Below are positions 11,701-25,282 of a stretch of 64,000 nucleotides of DNA, piece by piece. Source of the stretch: Styela clava (taxonomy: Eukaryota); the NCBI RefSeq assembly GCF_964204865.1, contig NC_135254.1:11656001-11720000 (forward strand), in the 5' to 3' direction. Each line of letters opens with the position of its first letter. The stretch's first letter is position 1. The notes beneath the pieces are model-generated. The model had not been told where the DNA came from and ran no database searches. It was given only the letters and a program-made list of their open reading frames with translations. Made by a program: the position numbers and the translations under genes.

Positions 11701-14085
11701 AAGATTGCATTTTTTGTTAGAATTAATTTTATTTCTTTCAAAAATTTCTGTGGGCTCTATGGGATTCGTTTTTGTGTGTGCTATGATGACAAGAAAATTT
11801 AAGCACCTTGTGGCGGTTCCACAATCGCGTTAGTTGTAAACACTGTTGTACCGATGCTACTGTGACAGATCGTATGCAGATGTAAGATATTGCTCCTGTT
11901 ACGATTACTAAATGTCAATTTGTAATTTGTATGTTATTTTTTTTAACTTATAGTTATGATTTATTCTATAAAGGTGGCAATCAAAGCAACTGGAGCATTT
12001 ATTTCAAGCGAGCATTACTGCGCTGGATCCTTAGTGTCTATGAAGCACGTTGTTACAGCAGCCCATTGTCTTGCGTGAGTATTCACTATAGATATATATG
12101 TTTACTTGTTTGTATGGGAAGCAATTTCTTCTATGGTGCGCGATGGCAATGCCCAACTAGTGTGATTTTGTAGGAATAATATTATAATAAATTTCAAGAA
12201 CGCTTCATCAAAGCGAAGCAGTAAACTTTCGACTTTTGCATAGCCAGAGAGTAACACGAACAAGTTTAAAGACCGCTACAAATAATATGTATTAATTTTC
12301 AAAAGACAAAATTTAGAAGTGGAAAAAGAATCCCATAGAGCCCACAATTTTTTTTTTAAATTAATAAAAGTAACAGCCTTCTATCGCAAAGTACGATCTT
12401 TGGAATCTGATAAATTCAAACCAAATTATCCAGTAGTTGATGAAAAAAGAATTTTTTTATACGGTAACAACAAGGAGAAAATATCAACAAGAACAACAAC
12501 ATAATAACAAAACGATCCATAGGTTCATTTCGTGTCCAATAAATGCAAATGTACAGTGGCTATGAAAGTCAGAATATGAATATTAAGTGGAAAACACTGA
12601 TGAAACAATCATGAAACAATAATTTTATTTTACAGAAATCCGGAGACCGGAATAGCGTATCCGTTAAATTCGTTTGTGCTCAGTTTTGGACTCCTACGAC
12701 TAAATGATTCTCCAATGGCCATCAGAACGGTGAAACGAGTTCATTTCAGGCCACTAACAACAAATAATATTAACGGCAAAGTATTCGACTATCCTCGTGA
12801 TGATATAGCCGTTATTGAGGTAAGTGAATATCAATTGAATAGTATTCTATTTCCATTTGGAGCGCAAACGAGTAATAGTTATAACCTGGCCTAAAATTAT
12901 AACTTAAAAGTTATATACGGTATATATATTACTACTGTTTGATTAATCTAGGTAGACAAGATGATGCTGAATAGGATATCTTGATATTTTCTTTGAGCCC
13001 GTGCTACTAACATGAGGGGTTCAGGTTTCAAGACTTCATTTATCTTAAGTCACCTGTAAATCATAATTTATTTTTTGCTTCGTACAGCTTTCGCAATCGG
13101 TGACAAAATCCTCCAGTATTTATCCCATCTGTCTTCCGCACGGGGAAATCACTCCCAAAGATACAACAGGATTTGTTGCAGGCTGGGGAATAGGTAATAT
13201 GTCTATGATTGTGATAATTATTTGCTTTAACAATGTTAAAAACACTACACATTTCCTGGGAATTGATTGTTAGTGGTATCGCACAGACTTGGCAAAATTT
13301 GGTAGATTTGGGGCGGTGTCTGGAATCATTAGTTTCACATCACACACATGTAATGCTCTATGGCTATGTCAACCGGATTCTGCTCCCCTGCTGCTTTTTA
13401 ATAAATCAAGTATGTCGTGTCTCCTGCTTTATGCGTTCTATAAACTATTTTCAGATTCGGCGAATGGAATACTCAGCCTAACTCATTTACAGGAAGCGGC
13501 TGTTCAAAATTTGGATGTTGACATTTGTCGTGCTGGTTATGCAAAATATAGCTCATTAATGCCTAATGAAGCCAGTTTTTCGAAAACCAGTAAGGATATA
13601 TTGTGTGCGGGAAGCATTCATGAAATAGTAAATACCTGTCGGGTAAGAATCTAACATCAAATTTAGACGAAAACATAAAATAACGGAACAAAATGATCTG
13701 TCATAAATATTTCACCCTTAAGAGGATCCATTCCAAAGTAATGGAAATTCACACTTCATTTATTGCCAAGTAACGTGTAATTTAGCATGGTTCATGATAA
13801 TACTTGCCTGATCCTGATCGTCCTAACAGTTGCTATTGTCCCATCATTTTTCTTCTTTCTTAAATTATGTATAATTTTCAGGGTGACAGTGGCGGACCTT
13901 TGGTGTTCCAAAGATGTGAAAGCTGTAGTTGGTATTTGGCTGGAATTGTGTCTTTTGGTCATCCAGATTGCACAAAAAAAATACCCGGCGCTTACACAAA
14001 AGTTTTGAACTACGAGGATTGGATAAGAGGAATTATTAAGGAAGAACCTGATAGTTTTTATTGTTCTAGAAATGTCGGGCCTTAA
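8734..14085 (+). CDS. Gene A: secreted modular S1 serine protease, SP-ShKT-ShKT-TSP1-protease (~461 aa, 10 coding exons)
   Basis: Exons 8734-8794, 8967-9089, 9416-9568, 9756-9872, 9968-10116, 11974-12074, 12636-12819, 13088-13193, 13455-13642, 13882-14085; all GT-AG, 1386 nt, in frame. ShKT C-x6-C..W..C..CKxTCxxC; TSP1 WSSCSKTCGMGTR; activation site QR|VVKG; TAAHC, DIAVI, NTCR-GDSGGP. AATAAA at 14189. Confidence 0.92.
10270..11445. mobile_element. ~1.2-kb repeat-like insertion in gene A intron 5, absent from the matching intron of gene B
   Basis: A and B introns align up to ...AAATTTGAA and resume at CGGATAAGCAGTA. The intervening block has no coding signature and its family was not determined. 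Confidence 0.6.
11564..11775 (+). repeat. Dispersed repeat, left arm of an inverted pair flanking gene A exon 6
   Basis: TTATTAGACACGAAATGTACATATAGATCGTTTTG...TTAATTACTGGA...GTGGGCTCTATGGGATTC. The same family occurs at ~17450-17830, 22350, 38465-38635 (reverse) and ~41655-41900. Confidence 0.75.
12322..12543 (-). repeat. Dispersed repeat, right (inverted) arm flanking gene A exon 6
   Basis: GAATCCCATAGAGCCCACA...AACGATCCATAGGTTCATTTCGTGTCCAATAA is the diverged reverse complement of 11564-11775. Confidence 0.75.
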
Positions 14086-14715
14086 AATTTTATCTTAGCT
14101 TACATCCTACCTTGGGACAGAAATAATCTAGATATTAATTGAGGCTTCTTTGTAATAGTACTAGTGAAATGTTTTCATGATATCTTGAAATAAAGATACC
14201 ACATCATCAATAACTTCACTATGCGTATATATTTATATATATATATATACATATACAATACAATTAGGGTATTCATCGAAAACAACTACACATAGTCGAT
14301 AGACCGTAATCCAATAGTTTGGAGCTATAACATTGCTAGCCACGTGAATCTGCTTAAATTTCAAAATTTGCAGTAAGTACGTATTCAACTCTACTCTCTG
14401 TATCACACAATTTTACTCATACTAGGTGCTACTTTATGCTAATTGAATTGGCGCTATTGTAATGAAAATGCTTTTAAAACTGCTATTATTTTCCTTGTGT
14501 CATGAATAGGTGTTGTCTGGAGCAAATAAGTTGTGTAAAATAACGTAATTAATAAAATTATTGTTCATTCACTTCTACAAAGATTACGACGGGATATTTA
14601 CGACACTTATGATGGTAAAATCTGAGTTTCTGAATAAAAAGTCTAATTCTGCCTGGGGCCAACATAATTATGTGGAACTATACACGTGTAAGCAATGTAT
14701 GCAACAAAGATAAGT

Positions 14716-15443
14716 CAGAGTGGTCCAAGGTTGCGAGATTGAAGGGCCGCAAAAACTTTTGAGGAGGTCTCGCGGGCCGCAGTCGGAGAAAACCCAAAAG
14801 TGATCAAAACATTGCGAGTTTACTTACTTTAAATATATTTAGAAACGAGAGTTTATCGTGGTTTAACGTTGTTGTTGGTGAGGTAATGCGTTTTCGCCCA
14901 GTTTACTTCGGTCACCTTTTTTCTACTCTCATTGTATGATGAATTCATTACTTGTAGCGTGAACAGTCCTAGTGCTACCGTCAAAAAACAACCAAGTCCG
15001 TCCAAGTTGAGACCCCGGACCCAGATAAAAAAAAAAAGTCAGCTCTGCGGTTCGTCACTGCTGTCACATGGCCAACGCTTGAAAATAAAGTGTTTTGACT
15101 GAAATAAAGAAACAGAACGTCTTTTCAAATGAGGAGTTACTTGACGCTAGCTCATCCCATCGTCTTGGTCCTGTTTGCACAAGACAATTCATTCTCCTTT
15201 CATCGATCACAGGACGTCATTCTAATATAGCCACATAGATACAACAATGAATTTCCATGATTTCAACAAACATCAATCCCAATATCGGGATCAGGAAAGG
15301 ACTATTCCTAAATGGAATAATTTGAAAATAAATCAAAATTGTTCTTTTAATAAATACAAATATCTGTCAATGATTTAGTAATGAACCCTGAAATTGTTTT
15401 GTGCGCGGCATGCGGCCCGCGGGCCGTAACTTGTACCTCTTTG
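14716..15443. mobile_element. Non-autonomous hAT-type DNA transposon (MITE)
   Basis: Imperfect TIRs CAGAGTGGTCCAAG and CTTGTACCTCTTTG, subterminal GCGGGCCGCA motifs, and an 8-bp TSD AGATAAGT/ACATAAGT. Confidence 0.7.
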
Positions 15444-16302
15444 ACATAAGTATTATTCACTGCCTCTCGTCCTACGGGTCGACCAAACGGATCTGTTACG
15501 CATACAAATGACCAATCAGTTTCAACGTAAATGCATGATAGAATGCAAAGAGCCAAGCAGCATTCTTGCACATGATTGTTTGACACGAAATTAGACCTCC
15601 CTTTGAGATAGCCTACTCCAGGACGTGCCACAACATATTGACATAAGCGTCCTTGCGTCTCACAAACCCTAATGCTTTTCTTGAATTTGACTTGAAAGCA
15701 TTTAAACGTTTTTGTCCAATATAAATTTTCTCTTGGGCGTTGGAGTAAGATATTTTGTCTACATTGCAAATATGTTTTTTTCTTGCTGTAAGTTTGTTCG
15801 AGTAGCGGCAGATTAGATTATAGGTTTTGAAATTGGCGTAATATAAAGACTCTCAACACCTACGGCCTCCAGGTTTTTGAAAAAAATAGTAATTTTGCTG
15901 ATAACGGGCTAACACCATTTATTTAATTTGTCACGTTTCATAAAAGTCAACAGACGAGAGTGAAAGATTAGAATGATTACAGTAAAAGAACTGAATAAAT
16001 GTTATCGACTTTCTTCAAATTAATGAATTCAGTACCAAGAGTGTTTTTGCACTCGACTATGGAGACCTCTCAAATCCAGCACTTTTTTGTAATTTGTATT
16101 TTTGGACGCCAGGTCAGAAAAGATGTTGCGAAATGAACGAGAATGACGTAGGCCTTCTTGCTTAATATTTGGTATAAATCAGAGGGAAACAAACAAAACT
16201 AGATTTGTCAGTTCCGTTTCTAAATGCCAGATTCAATTGCATTCGAGACTTTAAACTCTGCTATCTCTTTGCTACTTCGGCATTCGGGCCAATTTCAGCG
16301 TT

Positions 16303-17264
16303 AAATGGGTCTTTGCGAAGGAACGCGTTGTCGTTGAATATGAACCGATTCGAATAATTTTTGATCCGAAACGCCGAGCGCTATGAAGATGATGTTAGTA
16401 GACAATATTAACACCGCGTTGGCATATTGTATTGGACAATTTTTGTGTAACAGGGATGTTGAGCCGTCTTTGTGTGTCGATTTAACGGTACAATAGTATA
16501 CAATGAGCTTTTATTGTCGTATGAGAATCAGGGACAAAGTTGGCAGTGAATGTTAGAATCCCCGAATATTTAAACTCGTGTAATCGCGTCTGCAAAAAAC
16601 GGTTAGGCTCATACAACCGGCGCAGGGTAAATGATTAATCGACACGCAGTGCTTTTTATTGCGAATGAAAATGCGGCATTCCGTTGAAGATATAATTAAA
16701 CTCACCGTCGAGCTAACATTATTGGGAATGCAAAATCCGTGATGTTGAGCGGAATTGTAGAAGTTTTCAAAATCTTCAATCTTTTGCCGCGACTAGTTCA
16801 GCTACGTCGGAAATGGAAATCAATTTAATTTAAAAGCAGTTCATTACTCATCTAATGTGGTATTGATAATTAAAACTAAAGAGTATGCTGGAGTGGTATG
16901 GGCACTCATTTATGAAATCGTAAAGCTTCAAAAATCAATCTTCAAATATATTTATTCAATTTTGTAACATTTACCTTTATGCACACGACGTCATTATGAG
17001 TAACAAAAGCTATCTGCTACTGCGACCATGTTTGAACTGTTTTTATATTATTTCGCTGGCTGACACTTGAATGCTATGTATATATATATATATGAGATAT
17101 TGCGGTGGATTGGTGATTCAAGGTTTAGTTTTATTCGAAAGAAAATGGATATAAAACGATGTGAACTTACTTCATTCATATATTCAAATACGGTTTTTCC
17201 AGCCACGTTGCTTGGTCCTGTAAGTTGAAAATGCGCAAGGATGGCACCGGGATTATTTTCAACT
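16303..17264 (-). pseudogene. MOXD1: Second remnant (3' exons only) of the MOXD1/DBH-like pseudogene
   Basis: Colinear paralog of 3546-4560. Exons 17264-17171 (VENNPGAILAHFQLTGPSNVAGKTVFEYMNE), 16801-16706 (LN*SRQKIEDFENFYNSAQHHGFC) and a terminal exon with a hydrophobic tail (LILSTNIIFIALGV). Its stop codon is at a different position from the one in copy 1. Confidence 0.78.
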
Positions 17265-18149
17265 CTGTTAAGTAGGAATAGGATGTTCTTTATTCTTTGT
17301 GGAAAAGTTGAATTAATCATTTGTAGATCCACGGTCTCTGGTATGATAATCCGTACATTTCGGGCGGTAAATGAAATTAACCAGTTAACCTAATTTTGTA
17401 GGAAGGCGTGATCGATCAGAAGTTACCTGATAAGGACACCGGACAGTTATAACGATCGTTTTGCATTATTTTTGGACACCTAGTGGGAAACCTAAGAAGT
17501 TGATTTTCTCTTTAATTACTGGACCAATTTCTTCAAAATTTTCAGTGGTTAAAGATGAATTTGTTTTCTAGAAAGCTATTACTTTTATTCGTTTCAAATA
17601 TTCCTGATAGCACTGTGGCATTCGTTTTTTTTTTGACACGCAATGGATTTGTTTTTATGCTGGCACTCTTCTTTTTTGTTTATTTGATCACGTGCTCATC
17701 GAACGTCGGTGGTGTGTGACGAAATTCTTGCTCTGCTATGGCGAGCAGCGCCGTAGGTACCGGTAGCGTCAAAGTAAGCACTGCTTCGCTCTGATGGAGG
17801 TGTCCATATATTTGAGCATTGCTTTTTTGTTCTTCATTTACTGATATCTTTGTGAAGAAGACATACATTCATAAACATAACCGATGAACGATGTGGAGTG
17901 CGTGATTGATTCTATGTTTTCAGTATATTATGTGTCTGGAGGATCATTACAATGAAAAAATGCACATACCATTAGATACTTTCCGAGTATTTGAGCATCG
18001 ATTTGTTTCGAAAAAATATTCTATTCTGAAATCATCAGGTATTCTCATCCCTCGTCAGGACATATTAACTTCATAAAATGGAAAGATTTATATATACAGA
18101 AGGCGGTTGCTTGCGATAACTATGTCAGTAAATCAGCAACACTCTAAGA

Positions 18150-18586
18150 CAGGGGTTCTCAAACTGGGATCAGCGAAGGATTATCAGAGGGATTATTAAT
18201 ATCAAATGTATTTTTCCCCCATTGCATTCGCACGTTTTTCAGTAGTTTTTAAAAGAGGGCAAATATGAAATTTCAATTTTCCAAATTTCACGAATATTCA
18301 TGAATATATCGCACAAAATTAAATAGTTGTCAGCATAACGCCACTGCAATTAAAATCATTATACCCTTCGTCTCCACTTACTTATGTGGACACGAGATTT
18401 TTACACTTTTTCAAATCAAAACAAAAACATAGAACAAACTCGATGTGCAATATCACATGAGATAAATCAGTAAATGAGCTATTTGTTTTGCGTTCGTGAG
18501 AAGTGGCAGGTAATTTAAATGTTGTCCGACTAGCTCTTTGCTAGTCCGCGGTTACTTCAGAGGCACATAATGTTTAAGAACCATTG
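18150..18586. mobile_element. hAT/Charlie-type MITE
   Basis: Termini CAGGGGTTCTCAAAC and GTTTAAGAACCATTG, with degenerate 8-bp flanks CTCTAAGA/CCCCAAGA. Confidence 0.65.
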
Positions 18587-20204
18587 CCCCAAGATGTGTT
18601 AAAATATAAATGCCAAAACAAAAGAAAACAAAAAATATAAAGTTTCTCAAGCCCGAAATATTTAAAAACACAGGTATGTGTTTACTCGCACGTTGTTGTA
18701 ATCATTTATAGACCAACATCAATTTTTATTAAAAATATAAATAGAAATTAAAAATATAAATACACTTGATTTACCAACGTAGAAAAGATGATGGCTATAT
18801 TGCATGAACATAGAGTAATTGTCTGAAAACATTCGATGTAATGAGAAAATATTATGTTGTTTATGAACACTAAAAGAATTTTAAACTTCGCAATTATGTC
18901 AACAAAACGTGACTTACTAGGTATTTTTATTATTTTTGATAAAAAAACTTATTTTTGCCTTCTGACGACCCTCGGGAGGGAATAAATAGCAACTTATCGT
19001 GAATAATTTAACTATATATATCATGAAACAAGCTATTTTTATAATTAATTGACGAAATATTAGATTATGAGCTAATTATGCAATCGAACAATTTATTTTT
19101 GGGAACTACTATGCAGTAAAAATATACAGTTGATGTTCCATATATGTTTATTCTTCTTCTTGCTTTTTCGGGTATGATCAAATGTGTAAATAATTTGGTA
19201 GGAATAACACAAATTATCGGATTTGAAAGCAAGTTTTGAAGAATCTCCATTGGCCATATTCTGAAAACAACAACTTTGATGCGAAAAGCCAGTGAATATA
19301 AGTATTTCTAATTTAAGATGTTCTAACGAATTTGATACATGTACAAACACAGGAAAATGGTAATGAAAAGTCGAAAAATACGTAGGAAGTTACAAAAGGA
19401 TAGAATGATAGAATTTACATAATTGTTACAACAGTGAACGTTTTGATTGACCAGTAAAAACGGCCAAATTACCCTTTTGAGAGTAATTACCCCCAGTTTG
19501 GAGGGCACCGACACAAGTCTTCTTCGTCATGTTAATGTGGTAATTAGGTATAAGAAATATTTGAGTCTTTCGAAGTCAAAACATACGTTGAAGTTGCGGA
19601 AAAATCTACTTTATCGTAAATTTTTAAACAACATTTTTAAGAACAACCTTGCCATTTTAATCTGGCAGTTAACTGACAAAAATAAAATAAATTTTGCCTC
19701 TGGGCTGTTTATGAAAAAAAAACATACGTTAGAAATAGATTTCAAGTATTTAGACTATAATCAAATTTATTAACCATTAGGTCACTCACGATATTTCAGT
19801 TCGAAAAAATTGTAACAAATATAATGAAAGATTAAATGAGGAAATTGTAACAACAATATAGGCTGTGAAATTTGTATAAAGATGTCTCATGATGTATTTG
19901 AGTACATTTACTCAACAAGTTCGTTTGCCGTAGTCGAGTCACGCTAATATAAAAAAAGATAAGAAAGCCTGGTTGGCTCATGCATTTGTATGTTACCGAG
20001 CCCAAAATCAAATCCGGGATAAAAGATCAGAATTTATTATTGCTAACATTAATAAGGTATTCTGACTAAAAAATTGGTAAAACTACAAAATCAGTGAAGT
20101 TGTGTGATAAATTTCGGCCAATTCAAAATTGTGTTTATTTTAATGTAGATAACTTACGCTTATACATTAGTTTACGTGAACATTATTTAGGCAATACAGT
20201 AACG

Positions 20205-23200
20205 ATGTTCAAGAGTTCGTTGTTGTCGGTGTTCGTCTGTTTGATTGTGGGAATTTCTGTTAAAGGTAAGTGGTAGGTTTTTGTATATATGATATAGTTT
20301 CGATGATTGAAGGAGTGTCGAATAATTCATTGGTTTTACTTGGTTATTTCGTATTAAAATGCCCGCAGAAACATGCAGATTTTCTTCATTCCTGGTTAAT
20401 TTTCCGAGACCTAATGTAAGTTATTGATATTGAATTTACATAGCATGCGATGACAAGGACAGTAATTGTCCGACCTGGAAGACGTTTTGCGGAAGCAACG
20501 ATTATGTGGACAAAAATTGCAAAAAAACTTGTGAAACCTGCCCAACAGGTGGCTGTGAGTATTGAATTGCAAAATAAAATTTTGGTTACTTTTTTGTTAC
20601 TTTGTTTCCCTTTTATAACATTTTTTTTAGTTCAGAAAAACCGGATTTGAATTATACTGAAAATATGTTAGTATTTCATTATAAAATTCCGACAGTTTTT
20701 GTGAAATAACCGTTAGCAATTCGTAAAACACTTTGGACCAGTTTTTTTAAACGCGCGAATGCTGATTTTCCGTGATTATGTAAGTTTCATTGAAGGTATT
20801 TTCTCATCAGTCAAAGCGACCTTGATTTGTTGCACAATTAGAATTAATTCCATCATTTTCAAATTGGTGTCCAATGGATTAATGTATTGGTACTTATTGA
20901 AATATTAGCAAGTGTTGAATAGTTAGCTCCCACAATATCATTTTTGCACAGTAATATAAAATTTCCTCAAATTACCCATCATTTATGTCGTCAATAATTA
21001 ACCATAAATACGATAAATTTTGCAGTCTGTTTATCATTATAATGTTATATTATATACCATACTTTGAACAGTATCAAACATTGCATATACTGTACTGGAA
21101 ATATGCCAAATGCTAAGAACTAATTTCTGTTCAAGATAAGAGAGTATGACACACTTCCGATAATTACACGATGTTCTAGATAATGTTTTGAATACACTAT
21201 TATGAAATACTCGTAAAATCTCGAAATAAGTATTCGGCATTGCCCGACGCAGTTGATGATATGTTAGCTGCCCTAAATTCAAACCAGCTATCTATATGGC
21301 AGCCATCGCGAACGGCACGAATGACGATTGGCCCTTTATATCCATTATCTCTCAACTAACCCCTATCACTTTTGCTTAGCATGTGTTGACAAAGACGATA
21401 AATGTCCCGCATGGAAATTGTTTTGCGGAAGTGGTAACGTTTACGTAGACACTAATTGTAAAAAGACATGCGATGCTTGTCCAACAACTGGAGGAGGTGG
21501 TGGGGAAGGCGGAGGGGGAGGAGGTGGAAGTAACAGTGAGTATTGTCATCTGAAAAATTAATAAAAATTTGTAAAAAGTTTTATGATACATTTGAATATT
21601 GAGTAATATTTATTTGCAAATTGATACAGTAAAATCCATTTCAATTTTCAACTTTTAAAAAGCTGTTGTGTGTTCTGCTTCGCTGCAAATATAAAAAAAA
21701 ATTATAAATGTTTTGATGCAGCGTGGTCTGTATGCTCAAAAACATGCGGTATGGGAACGAGGTTTAAAGAGACGTGTCAAAGCGGCAGTTGTTCAAAAGA
21801 ATGGGAAGCATGCGAGATACAAGACTGCCCAGAAGCATGTAAGTATCATCACAAATACGATTTATGGCTGATTCCGAAATATTTATTCATCAATTTTACG
21901 TTTTGACTCTAAACTTAATCTAATTGCTAATAGCTTGCTCCGGTTATAATGAAAGACAACGAAATGGAATGCCGCATGCCTGCTGCACCCAGGAAACATA
22001 TCCACCTGTGTGTGGAGAACAATTCACCAACACACAAAGAGTGGTAGAGGGAGATCCTGCAATATTCAAAAAATATCCTTGGATTGTAATTATTATTATT
22101 TGTTGTTGTTTTCTATATTATGCTTTTCTATTTCTATACTTTCCATTAGACACTGGAGAAGAACTGAATGAATGTATATTTATGCCCTAAAATATTCATT
22201 GGCAAGAAATTTGAAGCGGTTCAAGTTAATTGACAACGGATAAGCAGTAACATTGGTAGCGGAATCGATATAATTCCCTCCGCATAATTTTTCCTAATTA
22301 AATAATCCAACTATAGACATTCAGTGTTCTAGTATTCTTGCATACCCACTTATTGGACACAAAATGTACATATAGATCGTTTTGGTATATTATTATTATT
22401 ATGTTGTTGTTGTTCTTCTTCTTAATTTTAGAATTTTTCTTTCTATCGTTATGAAAAAATTTCTTTCCTTATTAATTACTGGACAAATTGATTTGCAATT
22501 TCCAGGGGTTAAAGATTGTATTTTGCGCTAGAAGGCTATTTTTTTTAATAATTTAAAAATTTTCTGTGAGCTCCATGGGACTCGTCTTTGTGTGCTATGA
22601 CGTCATCAAATTTGAGAACTTTGTGGCGTTTCTACGATTACGTTAGTCGTGAACACTGCTCCCCGCCGTCTACTGTGGCAGGGCTTTGTGAATATATTTA
22701 AGCATCGCTATCTTGTTTTTTTTAATATGCTGCAGATGTATGATAATGCTTCTGCTACAATTACTTATTGTCAATTCGTATTTCCTCATGTCTTCTTTTA
22801 ATATATAATTATTATTTATTATATAAAGGTGGCAATCAATGCAACTGGAGCCTCCATTTCAAACGAACATTACTGCGCTGGAGCCTTAGTGTCTATGAAG
22901 CACGTTGTTACAGCAGCCCATTGTCTTGCGTGAGTATTTACTATAGATATATGTTGACATGCTTGTCGAGGGAGCAATTTCTTCTACGGTACGTAATGAC
23001 GATGCCCAACTAGTGTGATTTATTTGGAACATTATTATAATTAATTTCAAGACCGACCTTTTACAGTACCGGTACTGTCAAAAAACTTCCGACGTTCGCA
23101 TAGCAAGAGAGTAACACGAGAAAGTTTGAAAAACCGCTACAAATAATTTTATTAATATTCAAGAGGTGAACACACAAAATTTCGAAGTGGAAACAAATCA

Positions 23201-25282
23201 CATAGAGCCCACTAAAAGTTTTGATATAAGTAATAACCTTTTAGCAAAAAATACAATCTTCAAAAACTGAAAATTTCAAACCAAATGATTAGGTAGAAAA
23301 GCAATTTTTTTAAACGGTAACAACAAGAAGAAAAATACAAAGAAGAACAACAATATAATAACAAAACGATCCAAGGGTCAATTTCGTGTCTAATACATGC
23401 AAATGTACAGTGGCTATAAACGTCAGAATACGAATATAAGGTGGAAAACGCTGATATTATTATACAATAATATAACTTCACAGAAATCCGGAGACCGGAA
23501 TAGCATATCCTTTAAATTCGTTTGTGCTGAGTTTTGGACTCCTACGACTAAATGATTCTCCAATGGCTACCAGAACGGTAAAGAAGGTTTATTTCAGGCC
23601 ACTAACAACAAATAATAATAATGGCAAAGTATTCGACTATCCTCGTGATGATATAGCCGTTATAGAGGTAAGTAAATATCAGTTGCATAGTCTTCCATTT
23701 CAATTTGAAGCCAAATATAGTAAAAGGTAAACCCTGACACATATATATAACTGTTTGGGAAATCTATAGACAAGATAATGCTAAATTGGATATTGTGATA
23801 TTACCTTCAAGCCGAAAGTTTAATAATTTCCATCTTTCTAATTATATGTTTGATTTTCCAAATTGCCTCTGTAACCAATTTTTGTTGTTGTTTGTTTGTC
23901 TTTTGCTCTCCTGGTAATTTGTGAACATTTCTTCAAATATGCCTTTTCTGTAATATTTTTTCTCTATTTGTCTTCCTTTTATCTATTTTATTATATATAT
24001 TTGCAAAGTTGCCTTTGCTTGGAAGTTTCTCAATAATTTATGAGTTATAGTCAATGTTTGCAACGAATGCAGTTTTTTACACTAAACCAGTAACAGCGCT
24101 ATAGGTGTCGACGTTTGAAGGCCTAACGAGGTCCCTCGCGACTCATTTCGCACAACTGACGTTATTTGTATATTTATTTTCTGTACTAATTTTTGTGCAT
24201 TTGTTCTTGTGACAACAAAAAAAAAAGACAGACTGACAGGCCTGTGCTAGTAACATAGTCGTTTCAGGTTTCAAAACTTCATTTATTCTAAGCCACCATA
24301 ATTTATTTCATAATTCAAATCATAATTTTTTTATTTTTTCATACAGCTTTCGCAACCGCTGAGAACATCCTCCAATATTTATCCCATCTGTCTTCCGCAT
24401 GGGGAAATCACTCCTAAAGATACAACAGGATTTGTTGCAGGCTGGGGAATAAGTAATATGTCTATGATTGTGATACTTATTTGTTTTAACAATGTTAAAA
24501 ACACCACCCATTTCATGGGAATTGATCGTTCGTGGTATCGCACAGACTTGGCAAATGTTGGTTGATTTGGGTCGGTATCTGGAATCATTAATTTCACGTC
24601 ACCCACATGTAATGCTCCCTGCTGCTTCTTAATAAATCAAGTATATCGTTTCTCCTGCTTTATGCGTCGTATAAACTATTTTCAGATTCGGCGAATGGAA
24701 TGCTCAGCCTAACTCATTTACAGGAAGCTGCTGTTCAAAATTTGGATGTTGACATTTGTCGTGCTGGTTATGCAAAATATAGCTCATCAATGCCTAATGA
24801 AGCCAGTTTTGCGAAAACCAGTAATGATATATTGTGTGCGGGAAGCATCCATAAAATAGTAAATACTTGTCGGGTAAGAATCCAACATAAATTAAGACGA
24901 AAACATAAAATATTGAATCAATATTGCCTGTCATAAATATTTTATCTTCAACAGTAACAATAATGTAACGTGAAAATCAGCACGGTTCGTCCTAATAGTT
25001 GTTATTCAATAGTTAATCAATAGTTCAATAGTTGTCCATCATTTTTATTTTTTTTTCGAATATATATATAATTTTCAGGGTGACAGTGGCGGACCTTTGA
25101 TGTTCCAAAGATGTCAAAACTGTGGTTGGTATTTGGCTGGAATTGTGTCATTTGGTCTTCCGGATTGCACAAAAAAAGTACCCGGCGCTTACACAAAAGT
25201 TCTGAACTACGAGGATTGGATAAGAGGAATTATTAAGGAACAACCTGATAGTTTTTATTGTTCTAGAAATGTCGGACCTTAA
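20205..25282 (+). CDS. Gene B: secreted modular S1 serine protease, SP-ShKT-ShKT-TSP1-protease (~459 aa), closest paralog of gene A
   Basis: Exons 20205-20265, 20444-20554, 21380-21535, 21722-21838, 21934-22085, 22829-22929, 23484-23667, 24347-24452, 24686-24873, 25079-25282; 1380 nt, in frame. QR|VVEG, TAAHC, DIAVI, NTCR-GDSGGP. ATTAAA at ~25373. Confidence 0.92.
22350..23395. repeat. Inverted pair of dispersed repeats (22350-22590 and 23188-23395) flanking gene B exon 6
   Basis: TTATTGGACACAAAATGTACATATAGATCGTTTT versus AAAACGATCCAAGGGTCAATTTCGTGTCTAATA; same arrangement as in gene A. Confidence 0.7.
23815..24240 (+). mobile_element. ~430-bp insertion in gene B intron 7, possibly the 3' tail of a non-LTR retroelement
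   Basis: Absent from gene A intron 7, whose flanks align across it. It ends in a poly(A) run followed by GACAGACTGACA. Confidence 0.45.

Noticed and set aside
15347-15769. 140-aa minus-strand ORF
   Set aside because: It runs into a hAT MITE terminus and shows no protein-family features.
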